64,000 bases of DNA from a virus. Positions 23,320 to 33,951 of the stretch are shown in pieces. The stretch is taken from the IMG/VR virus record IMGVR_UViG_3300025012_000042, positions 1 to 64,000 of that record. The stretch is one strand, 5' to 3'. A program made the translations under genes and the position numbers. The stretch's first letter is position 1. Each line of letters starts with the position of its first letter. Below the pieces are notes generated by a model that did no database searches, had not been told where the DNA came from, and saw only the letters and a program-made list of their open reading frames with translations.

Positions 23320-23345
23320 TCCAATGAAAATAATATTATTGAGTC
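23320..23345. repeat. 10-6-10 palindromic junction site
   Basis: TCCAATGAAA-ATAATA-TTATTGAGTC. Confidence 0.4.
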
Positions 23346-24210
23346 ATTTGAAAGGTGGTGATAAAATGAAAGACGAAGTTATTCAAGCACTAGCATTCTT
23401 AAAGTCATGTGTTTTGTGCGGTGAAAAACTAAGTGAATCTGAAGAGCAAGAAATTAATGAATTAATTATTAGATATAAAAATACATAAACAATAATTATT
23501 TAGATTGATATTGTTAAAATACAAATTAAAGGGAGAGATTGATATGTTTAAGAAAAAGCAATTAACACCTTCTATGATGATTCAAAAGGCAATAGTGGTT
23601 GTAGAAAATGCAGTATCTATGTTTAACCTTGCGGTTATGGAAATTGATAAGGCAAATGAAATATTGAAAGAATCTAAAGATCAGAGTCAAGTTAAAATTG
23701 ATTCATTGGAACAAGAATTGTTAAATACAAAACAAATAAAAGAAGATGCGGAATTAAAAATTAATGCACATTTAGAATTAAGAGAAAAACTAAGTCAATT
23801 TACTCAATAAGTTAATCTTTAGTGATTGTGGAATAATCAAATATTAAATTAAATCAAAAATAAATTTGAAATAAGAAAGAGGTAATAAATAATGTTTAAT
23901 AAATTAATAGAAATGGTCATGTCAAATCCTAAATTAGCAAAACCAATGGTGAGTGAATTGGTGGATACATATAAGCCACTATTGTATGGAGTTGCTGAAG
24001 AGTTATTTAACATCTATAAAGATTATGCTAATAATACTGAATATTTTAACACTAATGCAACTGCTAGAAAGAATCAATATGATGCTTATATTAATATTGG
24101 TTTTAGTGCAGAGCAATCTATGAATTTATTGTTGAATGATGCAAAGAAATTAGAAGATAGATTGAATAAATTATCTTCTGGAGCAAAATCAAAGAAATAA
24201 TTTGAGATAT

Positions 24211-24228
24211 GGGGAGTTAATTCTCCCC
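24211..24228 (+). terminator. Stem-loop, possible terminator
   Basis: GGGGAG-TTAATT-CTCCCC. Confidence 0.5.
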
Positions 24229-25858
24229 TTGTAAATAAAAAGGAGGGTGTTAAAAATAGATATAAATAAAACCATAGAAAAACTTGAAGAATATAAGGCA
24301 TATAAACATAACATAGACCCATTTAATATTGAAATGAACAGATCGATGAGCGATGTATATCCTTATGAAAAATTATATAGTATTTTTAAACTTGGTCAGG
24401 CTCATATGTTATCAACATTCAAAAATCACATATATCAATATATTTGCAACGATGACAAAGATTATATTGATGCTATTGTTAAACAATCAAAAGAAGATAT
24501 AGAAATGAAAGGTTTCTTAGATATCTTGATTAAGAAAGAAGGATTATAATAATGGATATAAATTTATTTTCATTAATTGTAAAAAAGTTAGGTGATTCAG
24601 ATTTAGATGATTTTTCATACACAAAAGACGGTAAAATTTATGGGTTTAAAGAGGTTGGTGATGATAGTTGGGATGATCAAGGAAAATATCAGTATAAATA
24701 TGAAGAAGGTCAGTTAATGGAAATGGATGAAAAATATGTAGAAGTTCAATTATTTCCGTTCGGAGTAACACGTTCCGTGTCAAGAAGTGGTTCATATTTT
24801 TCAGATTACTATTATGATAAAGACGAATACGAAATGTTTGAAATTACATCAATTGAGATTCCAGAGGTCATTATCCCTGCTCATATGGAAGATAAATGGA
24901 ATAAGTTGAAAATTGATTTAAATAACATTGTTGACCAAGAGGAGGAAAATAAAAAGAGAATTGAAGCTGAAAGAGTAAAATTAGAAGAAGATGCTAAAGC
25001 AGAAAAGGATAGGTTGACTAAACTTTATCCTATGAATAATAATGATATAATTAAATTAGTAAATAAGAGTTTAAAAAAGAAAGGGTTAGAAAAATTTACG
25101 TTACAAGATATGCGAAAAGAGTATTTTGATATTGTAGTAAAAAAGAAACTTGAAAGTCAGGAATGGATTGATTATCATAGGAGTTTGCAAGAATCACAAA
25201 AGGAGGATAATTAATAAATGAAAGAATCAATAACCCTAGACAGTGGAAAATATGAAGTTGTTTTAGATCAATCTGATGGTAAATTTAATTTCCATGCTTT
25301 GAGATATGGAGAAGAGTGGAGGGACTTAACAGGAGATAATTTAGTTCTTGCTATGTTTAATAAAATTCAGGATTTAGAAGATAAATTGTTAGTTTATGAA
25401 GTTAAATAGATTAAGAAAGGAATAAAATTAAATGAATTTAGGCAAAGAAGAGTTGGTTAACGCATTAAGGAAAGATGGTTTAAATATAGGGAAATTAGCT
25501 AATGATGGTGACGGTGATGCTCAAGAGATTATGAAATGTTATAAAATGTGGCACGATTGCCCTGGAGATAATATGTCTTTTATATTATGCGAAAAAGCTT
25601 ATCAAAAATGGAAGAGTAAAATCTAATAAATTTTAAAGAAAGGTGAGAATAAATATGGACTTAAAGAAAGCTCAAGCGACAAAAGGTGGAGTCATACATA
25701 TCGCATATCTAAAATCTAATATGAGTTTATGTTTACAATATGTTGGTGAAGATGTTCAAAATATTCAAGATAGGAATATTACTTGTAAAAGATGTTTAAA
25801 AGCATATGCTAAAATTGAAGGGAATGAAGAGATTTTATAAATATAAAAATAAAGTTGC

Positions 25859-25887
25859 TTGACATACGATTAGTAAAATGTTATACT
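25859..25887 (+). promoter_or_regulatory. SigA-type promoter
   Basis: TTGACA-N17-TATACT with extended TG. Confidence 0.75.
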
Positions 25888-27111
25888 TATTAAGTAGAGA
25901 AATACATATTACATAGAAACGAGGTGAAAGAAATGAAAATCAAAATACTTAACAATGATTTTATTGAAGATATCCCTGTAGGAGCATTAGTTGAAGCAAA
26001 GTATTTTAAAGATATATCATCAGAAGAAAAGGTAAAATGGGCAAATGTTTTAACTAGTGAAGAAGAGTCTCAAACATTATGGGATGATCTTGATGTATTT
26101 GTGCAAAATAGCAAGGGTGAGTGGTTATGGATGTATGAGGACGATATTGAGATTGTGGAAGAATAGATTAGAAAGATGGTGAAAATTTGAATAAAGATAA
26201 TAATTGGTAAATAAATTAAGGAGGTGATAATCATAAGAAAAGTAAGATTCCTTAAAGATTTTAATTACTTCAAGAAAGATACTTATAGAGTTATTATGGA
26301 AGAAACTGCATTGCATTATCGTATTCAAGTTAATTTAGATAGTGATGAGTTGTATTGGTTGCATAAGGAAGATTGTGGAGATTTGTTTATTGTGGTTGAG
26401 AGGAGTTAAGAAATTGAAAAGAGAAGATATTACGATTGGATTAAGGGTAATTCCTCATTCAAAAAGTTATTGTGGTAATTTAGATGGCAGTGTCGATTGG
26501 AAGTGTGCACAGAGTAAAAACCAACCATATTTATTCGTATCAGAGATTTGTTCTCATTATATTGTTTTAGAATCCACAGAAAGATCAAATAAGGGTGATT
26601 TTTTCTTACCAGAAGATTTTGAACCATACATAGAAGACAATAAAAAGAATGAAGAAATTAACAATGAAAGTAGGGATATTAAAATGAAAAAATCAGATTT
26701 AAATAGTTCTATGCTATTCAAAATGCGTGATGGAGATTTATGTGCTTTATTGGATGATGTAGATAATGGAAAAATGTTTTGCAATAAAGAAGATATTCAA
26801 TTAGGGTATAGTTCTTATTGCGTATCAATAAATGATTATGATGAGGAATTGTCTAGCGAAGGAGACGATTATGACATTGTAGCAATTAAGCAACTAGATA
26901 GTTGTGTGAGAGTTGTATGTGATGTTTTAGATGAGAATGAACTTGAAGAATGGGATTGGGTTGAGGAAGTTGAGAAAGAAGTAGAAGAACAAAAAATCGA
27001 AAATGTTGCCCAAAATATTACAATTAATATTACCATTGATTCAAAAATGGATATTAATGAGTTAATGAGAGAATTGTCTTCAAAAATGAAGAATATAGGC
27101 AATTATTAGAT

Positions 27112-27137
27112 CCTCAAGAAATTTTCATTTTATAGGA
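27112..27137. repeat. 10-6-10 palindromic junction site
   Basis: CCTCAAGAAA-TTTTCA-TTTTATAGGA. Confidence 0.6.
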
Positions 27138-27238
27138 TTATGCTTAAAATGACCATAAACTCAAATTTTCAATAAAATCACTAAAATAGCCCTGTAACCG
27201 TTGCTACATAAGGGTTTGTGGTCATTAAATAGGCATAA
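27138..27238 (+). ncRNA. Candidate structured non-coding element between two palindromic junction sites
   Basis: TTATGCTT..AATGACCATAAAC pairs with GTTTGTGGTCATT..AGGCATAA; the mismatches are G-U compatible on the + strand; no ORF. Confidence 0.45.
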
Positions 27239-27260
27239 ATAATTATGTTATATATGGCAT

Positions 27261-27286
27261 CCGATAGAAGTGGAATTTTATTTGGT
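27261..27286. repeat. 10-6-10 palindromic junction site
   Basis: CCGATAGAAG-TGGAAT-TTTATTTGGT. Confidence 0.55.
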
Positions 27287-27318
27287 TTGGTTTTGTTAGA
27301 AGTAAGAAATAAAATTTG

Positions 27319-27347
27319 TTGACATGATTTTAGTTGTATGGTATAAT
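27319..27347 (+). promoter_or_regulatory. SigA-type promoter of the replication operon
   Basis: TTGACA-N17-TATAAT with extended TG. Confidence 0.85.
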
Positions 27348-27522
27348 GAGTAAGTGGGTTGAAATAAATAATATTTTAGAGAAAGGATTGATTGGTTGAA
27401 GAATAAGGGTAAATGCAGAAGACCAATAAAATTTAATAAAAGTCCACCTTCTTTCAATATATTTTAATAGATCATGTGCATTAAATAATAAAATAAAATT
27501 ATTGAAAGAAGGAATACATATA

Positions 27523-28632
27523 ATGGCATTTTATAATAAATTCATATTCATTGGTAATATTGGTATAGCAAAAGATAAGGAAAAATTTTATAATTCATTT
27601 CTAAATGATAAAGGAACATGGAGATCATCTAAAATAAACTTTATGATCAAAGAATCTGATCATAATGCAGTATTTGTAGAATTATTTGGTGGATATATGG
27701 CAGACGGTAAAGGAAAAGTATTCTCAAAGGACTTGGAAAATAATAATATTGAAATCCCTTGGGCAGATCGTAATAATCCAGAAACTTTAAAAATGGTAGC
27801 AGATATGAAAAAGTTTAAAGTAAATTTTGGAGAACAAAAAGAATTTATTACAGAGTTTGACATGATTGAATGTTTAAAAGACGAACTCCCTAAGATTACA
27901 AGTCCAGTTGTGGTTACAGGACAAATCAAGCATAAAGAATATAAAGGTAAATATACTGATGTATTTATTATTAAAACCATAAGATTAGCTAAAGAGGATG
28001 AAAAAAATAAACTTTCAGCCAATATAGAGATTTATTATTCTAAAGATTCTTTGGACACTGATGATTTTAAGGAAGAGAAAATTATTAAACTTGCAGGATT
28101 TGTTCCTCAATATATAGATAAAGAGATTGGTATAAAATATATGCCACATCCATTTATATTGAGTGCTAAAAAGCTAGATTTCACAAATGAAAAGCATGTA
28201 GAAAAATTTGAATTCTTAAAGAAATATCTTACAGTAAAAACTAAAACTTATGTTCATATTCCTTGGCAAATGACAGTCTTTAGAGGTGCTGATGAAGTTG
28301 AATGGAATGAATCAATGCTAACTAAAGCACAAAAAGAACAAGTTGCTTTTGGACTTTCTGAAGTAGATGATTTTAAACCTAAATCTAATATGCTTGGTGG
28401 CAACATATATGAATATCGTTTAACTAAACCGTTATTAGTAGGAGATTTTTCCGAAGGGGTTGTGGATTCTGAAATTAAAATTGAAGAATTCGAAAATACT
28501 AATGTGTTTGTTCCTGTAGAAAAAACTGAAAAATTTAAAGAACCTAAAGAAAATAAAAGTGAACAAACTGTTGAATCCGAATCAAAAACTGATGAAGTAA
28601 TTAGTAAAGATGATGAAGACTTATTTTCTTAA
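27523..28632 (+). CDS. Putative single-stranded DNA-binding protein (SPbeta-like phage type)
   Basis: First gene of the replisome operon, with an acidic tail ending DDEDLFS; RBS precedes the ATG at 27523. Confidence 0.55.
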   Translation: MAFYNKFIFIGNIGIAKDKEKFYNSFLNDKGTWRSSKINFMIKESDHNAVFVELFGGYMADGKGKVFSKDLENNNIEIPWADRNNPETLKMVADMKKFKVNFGEQKEFITEFDMIECLKDELPKITSPVVVTGQIKHKEYKGKYTDVFIIKTIRLAKEDEKNKLSANIEIYYSKDSLDTDDFKEEKIIKLAGFVPQYIDKEIGIKYMPHPFILSAKKLDFTNEKHVEKFEFLKKYLTVKTKTYVHIPWQMTVFRGADEVEWNESMLTKAQKEQVAFGLSEVDDFKPKSNMLGGNIYEYRLTKPLLVGDFSEGVVDSEIKIEEFENTNVFVPVEKTEKFKEPKENKSEQTVESESKTDEVISKDDEDLFS

Positions 28633-28710
28633 TATACTCATATAGGGGAGGTTTATTCCTTCCCTTCAATTAAAAAATAATAAAATTAAAATTAATGGAG
28701 GAATTTAATA

Positions 28711-29811
28711 ATGGCATTTAAGAAAAATACGGTTAAGGTTGATCTCGCTTCATATCCACCATATATCATTATGGGACAAAGAAAAATAGGAAAAACATCT
28801 TTGTTCTATAAATTACTATTAACTCACTATAAAACATTCGATGCAGGACTTTTAATCTCTTTTGGGGATGAAGAAGGATATCATAGTTTAGATGGATTAC
28901 AATATGAGCGTGTAGTTGAATGGGATGCTGATACAGATGAAGAAACTAATCTCCGTGGATTTATTCAAGTGGTCGATGATTTAGTTGAAAATAGAAAAGA
29001 ATATGGAATCAAAGCTATTTGTTTAGATACTCTGGATGAGATGATTACTATTGGAACCACAGAGATGCTAAAACAACATAAACGTGAAAAGGGAACTGTA
29101 TGCAAATCACTTAATGATGCGTTTGGTGGTTTTCAAAAAGGAAGAGATAGACTTTTAGAATCTGTAAATCTTCAAATCACTCGTCTAAGAAATGCTGGAT
29201 ATGCTGTATTTATTCTTTGCCATACAAAATTAAAAAATGTAAAAGATGTAATGACCGGAGAAGATTATGAACAATTAACAAATAATCTACGTGCTGATTT
29301 CTTTGGAAGTGTTGCAGATAAAGCTCAAATGATAGTAAATATTACAATGGAACGTGAAATTGTAGAGGGGAAACAAGTTGGCGAAAAGAGAATGATGTAT
29401 TTCAGAAATACTTCTATTGTTGATGCAGGTGGAAGATTTGTAGGACTACCTGAGAAACTTGAATTATCTGCTGAAAATTTCATGTTGGCATTTGAAACAG
29501 GTGTTAAAAATTCAATGATTAACCCTGTATCTGATAAAGATATTGAAGATCAAAAAAAGGAAGAAGTTAAAGAAATTGACTCCGCTGCTGAAATTGCATG
29601 GAAAAAAGAACATAAGTTAATTCAAGAAGAAATGAGTAAAGGTGATAATTTAGAATTTGTAACTACAATTCAATTAAAATATCCTAAAGCAACTGAGGAT
29701 ATTAAAGAAATTGTAAAAGGTATTATGTCTGAATACAAAATTGAAAACTTTAAGTCTCCAGAAGAACTTTCAACTGAAGGATTAAAGAAAATAGTAGCAA
29801 CTTTAGGATAA
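28711..29811 (+). CDS. AAA_24 / Sak4-like ATPase
   Basis: Walker A GQRKIGKT, Walker B ICLDTLD, GGFQKG and ILCH motifs. Confidence 0.75.
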   Translation: MAFKKNTVKVDLASYPPYIIMGQRKIGKTSLFYKLLLTHYKTFDAGLLISFGDEEGYHSLDGLQYERVVEWDADTDEETNLRGFIQVVDDLVENRKEYGIKAICLDTLDEMITIGTTEMLKQHKREKGTVCKSLNDAFGGFQKGRDRLLESVNLQITRLRNAGYAVFILCHTKLKNVKDVMTGEDYEQLTNNLRADFFGSVADKAQMIVNITMEREIVEGKQVGEKRMMYFRNTSIVDAGGRFVGLPEKLELSAENFMLAFETGVKNSMINPVSDKDIEDQKKEEVKEIDSAAEIAWKKEHKLIQEEMSKGDNLEFVTTIQLKYPKATEDIKEIVKGIMSEYKIENFKSPEELSTEGLKKIVATLG

Positions 29812-29819
29812 TTAATAAG

Positions 29820-29843
29820 GGGATAGGTGAAATATCCTATCCC
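29820..29843 (+). terminator. Stem-loop
   Basis: GGGATAGG-N8-CCTATCCC. Confidence 0.5.
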
Positions 29844-29870
29844 TAATTAATCTTTAAGGAATTGATGTAT

Positions 29871-30362
29871 ATGGCAAGGAAATGTATATGTTCAGCAACT
29901 AAAGAGATTGGAACAACTGATATATTTTATTGTGTTAATGATAAGCGTAAAAATAAATATTATAAATCAGAGAAAATATTTAATGAATATATGAAAGATC
30001 AGGAATATAAACAAAAAACTATTGAGTATTTTCTATCGTTATTGGACTATAAATATTCAAACTATCTCAAAAAGAGATTAGGAGAATTGAATGAACACTT
30101 TACATATGAAATAATATATCTTGCATTTATAAAACAAACAGACAAAATTAAATATGTATTAAATGATAAACTGAGATATTCTACCGAACAGCAAAAAATA
30201 AGCTACATTATCAAAATAATTGAAAGTATTATAAACGATATAAAACCATTTAAGCAAGAAGAATATAGCGTAGAAATAGATATAGACGAATTAAATAATA
30301 TTAAGAATAAATTAATTAAACGTATTAATATTATTCAATACTTAGACAAGGAGGATTTATGA
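29871..30362 (+). CDS. Hypothetical replisome protein, possibly a helicase loader
   Basis: Overlaps the DnaB start; position matches SPbeta-like replication modules. Confidence 0.45.
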   Translation: MARKCICSATKEIGTTDIFYCVNDKRKNKYYKSEKIFNEYMKDQEYKQKTIEYFLSLLDYKYSNYLKKRLGELNEHFTYEIIYLAFIKQTDKIKYVLNDKLRYSTEQQKISYIIKIIESIINDIKPFKQEEYSVEIDIDELNNIKNKLIKRINIIQYLDKEDL

Positions 30363-31822
30363 AATTAGAAGAATATCCAGAATCAATTACTAAAAATAGA
30401 CAAATGATTGAAGCGTCATTTATTTTTTCTCTATATAAAAATCCTTCCTTATATGAAGATTATCATAAGAATTTAAAAATAGATTTAGAAGATAGTGATA
30501 TAAGGACAGACGATGGTATTTTTTATTATAGTTTAGGATTACAGATGTATAAATTAGGATATCAAACTTTTGATAGTTTAAGTGCTTATGCTTTTTTAGA
30601 AAGTAATCAAGTGTTAAAAGATGGATTTGAGTCAAGAGGTGGTTATAAATCCGTTGAAGAAATGAAAAGTTTAATTAATTTAGAAAACCTTGATAAATAT
30701 TATGATGAATTAGTAAAATATAATATGTTGCTAAGATTATATGACAAAGGATTTAATGTTGAAAACAATATCGATAAGTTTACAAAAATGAGTAGTGATG
30801 AAGTGTATGCTTTTTATGACTATCAATTGAACAATATTGCCTTAAATAAATCAGTGCAAGCCAATATCGCAGACTTAAACGATAATTATGATGAATGGAT
30901 TGATAAATGGGATCAAGGAAATTCAATGGGATATAAAATGGGATTCCCTCTTATTAATTATCATATGGCAGGGGTACATAAAGGAAACTTAATTCTTCAT
31001 GTTGGCGGCATCGGTCAAGGGAAAAGCACATCAGCAATTTTATTTTATGTTCTTCCAACTATTGAGTCGGGAGAAAGTATTGTAATTATTGGAAATGAAC
31101 AAGATGAAGATGCATGGAGGCAAATGATTTTATCTTCTGTCTTATTTAATAAAATTCATTATAGAAAAATGAATAGACAGAAATTTATGTTTGGAGGGTT
31201 TAGTGATGAAGATAAGGAAGGGTTGCAAAAAGCAACAGAATGGTTAAAGAAATCTAAAGGAAAAATATATTTTGCTCACTTACAAGATTATAATATTAAT
31301 ACAGTAAAGAAAATTATTAAGAAGTATAGTAAACGTGGTGTAGGAGTCTATCTATTTGATACTATGAAACCAGAGGATGATTCTTCAGATAAAGCATGGG
31401 CACAGTTCAGTGAGGTGGCTAAAGAATTATTTTTGATAGCCCACAAGGAAGATATCGCCCTTATTGCAACTGCACAATTATCAGGAGAATCTAATAAACG
31501 TAAATATTTAGATTTATCTTGTATTGGAAAATCAAAAGCAATTGCTGAGACAGCAGGTCAAGTATTAATGTTTAGACCAGTAAGAAACGAAGAAAAAGAA
31601 AAGATGAAGGGATATTCATATAAAAAAAATAACGAGGGTAAATATACCAATATAAAAACAGTAATTGATTTATCTCTAGATAAAGATTATATTATCGTTT
31701 TCGTTTCTAAGAATAGATATGGGAAGGCAAATATATGTATACTTTATGAGAGAAATATGGACTTCAATTCGATAATTGAGTTGGGGTATGTAGACGTAGA
31801 ATTTGATGGTTGGGGAAGGTAG
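30359..31822 (+). CDS. dnaB: DnaB-like replicative helicase
   Basis: Walker A GGIGQGKS, FDTMK, TAQL and KNRYG motifs. Confidence 0.85.
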   Translation: MKLEEYPESITKNRQMIEASFIFSLYKNPSLYEDYHKNLKIDLEDSDIRTDDGIFYYSLGLQMYKLGYQTFDSLSAYAFLESNQVLKDGFESRGGYKSVEEMKSLINLENLDKYYDELVKYNMLLRLYDKGFNVENNIDKFTKMSSDEVYAFYDYQLNNIALNKSVQANIADLNDNYDEWIDKWDQGNSMGYKMGFPLINYHMAGVHKGNLILHVGGIGQGKSTSAILFYVLPTIESGESIVIIGNEQDEDAWRQMILSSVLFNKIHYRKMNRQKFMFGGFSDEDKEGLQKATEWLKKSKGKIYFAHLQDYNINTVKKIIKKYSKRGVGVYLFDTMKPEDDSSDKAWAQFSEVAKELFLIAHKEDIALIATAQLSGESNKRKYLDLSCIGKSKAIAETAGQVLMFRPVRNEEKEKMKGYSYKKNNEGKYTNIKTVIDLSLDKDYIIVFVSKNRYGKANICILYERNMDFNSIIELGYVDVEFDGWGR

Positions 31823-31831
31823 TAATGATGT

Positions 31832-32845
31832 ATGGATTTAATCTCAACAAAAGAATTCTTGAAGGATGATGCAGGAAAAATAATTGAACTACTTAACGAG
31901 GTTGGATTTTGCCATATAAAACATAATCATAAACAAAAGGAGATACGATGTGCAGAACACGAATATGGAAATCCCACAGCAATTAAAATTAATACAGAAA
32001 CTCTAGGGTGTATAAATTATAAAAGTAGTAAAAACGGAGATATAATTTCACTTATTCAAGAATTTAAGAAAGTCAGTTACAGATCAGCGTTGGAATATAT
32101 AATTGATTATTTTAATCTTGATTTAATACCACATAAAAAAATACAATTACCATTTGGAGGATTTTATAAAAAAATAATTCCTCCAACGTCTTTGGATCAA
32201 ATAGAGTTAAAAACTTATCCAGAAAGTATTTTAGATGAATATTGTAATAATCCTAATATTAGATTTTTTAATGATAGGATTGACTTAGATATTCAAAAAC
32301 AATTCAATATTGGATATGATATATCATCTTTGAGAATCACTATTCCTTGGAGAAGTGCAGAAGGAAAACTGATAGGAATTATTGGTAGATTAAATGAAGA
32401 TGTAATAAATGAAGATAGCCCTAAATATTTAGCACTTTTGCCATTCATAAAATCATATAGTTTATATGGATTCAGTGAAAATTATCAGAATTTAGTAGGC
32501 CAAACAGTATGGATTTGTGAAGCAGAAAAAAGCGTAATGATTGCTAAAGGTATGAATTTAAATAATGTAATATCTGTAGGCAGTCATAGTATTTCAGCAA
32601 TTCAAGTGCAATTAATTAAATCGCTTATGCCTAAAAAAATAATAGTTTCTTTTGATGAAGGAATTGAAAAAGAAAAATTAATTATTGAATGTAGTAAATT
32701 TAAAAATAGTTTCCTGAAGTATAATATAGGATATTTTAATTCATCTTGTTTACCTAAATATTCAAAGATGTCCTTGTTTGACTTAGATGATAATAAAAAA
32801 ATAATGCAATTAGCAAAGGAGAATATAATTTGGCTAGAGAATTAG
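31832..32845 (+). CDS. DNA primase (zinc-binding domain plus TOPRIM)
   Basis: N-terminal CAEH...C and GDIISL; RITIPWR, IIGR, ICEAEKS and FDEG motifs. Confidence 0.8.
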   Translation: MDLISTKEFLKDDAGKIIELLNEVGFCHIKHNHKQKEIRCAEHEYGNPTAIKINTETLGCINYKSSKNGDIISLIQEFKKVSYRSALEYIIDYFNLDLIPHKKIQLPFGGFYKKIIPPTSLDQIELKTYPESILDEYCNNPNIRFFNDRIDLDIQKQFNIGYDISSLRITIPWRSAEGKLIGIIGRLNEDVINEDSPKYLALLPFIKSYSLYGFSENYQNLVGQTVWICEAEKSVMIAKGMNLNNVISVGSHSISAIQVQLIKSLMPKKIIVSFDEGIEKEKLIIECSKFKNSFLKYNIGYFNSSCLPKYSKMSLFDLDDNKKIMQLAKENIIWLEN

Positions 32846-33936
32846 AACCAATAGTAAAAAAACTAATAGAAGATGGTAATATCGTTTATAGTTTTAGTAA
32901 ATTAGGATCATTCAATCAATGTGAATATGGTTATTATAATACATATATACTTAAAAATAGAGGCATTGATAATATTTATAGTGTTTGCGGAAGTAATATT
33001 CATAATGATTTAGAGCAAATATATAATGGCAAAGAAGTAGATTTGACTAAATCATTAAATAATACACTTTCAGAATTAGATATGCTAGGAGTTAATTTTG
33101 CAAATGATAAAATTAGAAATTCTTGGGTAGCTGATATGGAACATTTTTGCACTAATTTTAGATCACAAGAGGGGTCATATATTACAGAGGAAGGATTTAT
33201 ATTTGAGATTATGCCTAGAGTTTATATTCAAGGATATATTGATATGGTAGAAAAACATGATGAAAATAATATCTCAATTATTGATTTTAAAACAAGTAGT
33301 AAATTTGATAAAAAGAAACTAATTGGAGCAGGTAGACAATTAGTATTATATGGAATAGCAAAGCAAGATAAATATACAATAAATAAAATTGCGTGGTATA
33401 TGCTAAAATATCTTTATGTTTGTTCTAAATTGAAAAATGGAAACATCAATAGAAAAATGTGCAATAGGGGAAAATGGGTTAAGGAAATAGGGACGGATAA
33501 GAATATTAAAGATAAAAAAACTAATACATATAAACTTACTAAAAGTGCTTTAAAGAGAGAATTGGAAGTTTTAGGATGTAAAGATTTTGAGATTGAGATA
33601 TTTATTACTGAAGCAATAAATAATAATAATTTATATAATATGCCAAAAGAGATTCAGGATAAATATTGGCTAGAGGATTGTATTCTTGAATATGAGTTTA
33701 GCGAAGAAACAAAAGATGAGTTTATGGAGTTTGTAAAGTCTACACATGAGAAAATTATTGCTAAAGATGCGGATAATGAAAATGAATGGAAACCTTTAGA
33801 TATTGAGAATGATAATTTTTTCTGTAGTAATTTATGTTCTCATCGAACAAATTGTAAGTATTTATTAGATTTTTATGAGAGATTAAAATTGGGTGTGACA
33901 AAAAAAGATAGCGAATGGGATGAATTATTTGGATAA
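32830..33936 (+). CDS. PD-(D/E)XK nuclease (AddB/Cas4-like, probable Fe-S staple)
   Basis: YSFSKL..FNQC, GYID...IIDFKTS, QLVLY and C-terminal FCSNLCSHRTNC. Confidence 0.8.
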   Translation: MARELEPIVKKLIEDGNIVYSFSKLGSFNQCEYGYYNTYILKNRGIDNIYSVCGSNIHNDLEQIYNGKEVDLTKSLNNTLSELDMLGVNFANDKIRNSWVADMEHFCTNFRSQEGSYITEEGFIFEIMPRVYIQGYIDMVEKHDENNISIIDFKTSSKFDKKKLIGAGRQLVLYGIAKQDKYTINKIAWYMLKYLYVCSKLKNGNINRKMCNRGKWVKEIGTDKNIKDKKTNTYKLTKSALKRELEVLGCKDFEIEIFITEAINNNNLYNMPKEIQDKYWLEDCILEYEFSEETKDEFMEFVKSTHEKIIAKDADNENEWKPLDIENDNFFCSNLCSHRTNCKYLLDFYERLKLGVTKKDSEWDELFG

Positions 33937-33951
33937 GAAGGAGGATAAACA

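Larger units (their letters stand above)
16057..27109 (+). other. Accessory cluster 2: about 30 small co-oriented hypothetical genes
   Basis: Dense + strand ORFs with strong RBSs; several are Cys-rich or acidic; no function recognised. Confidence 0.85.

Noticed and set aside
124-27286. Junction repeats as a CRISPR array or integron attC sites
   Set aside because: The repeats are too degenerate and are separated by whole genes. There are no cas genes and no RYYYAAC/GTTRRRY ends.
32830-33936. Cas4-like nuclease as evidence of a CRISPR system
   Set aside because: It sits in the replisome operon with no cas1/cas2 or array, which is typical of a phage exonuclease.
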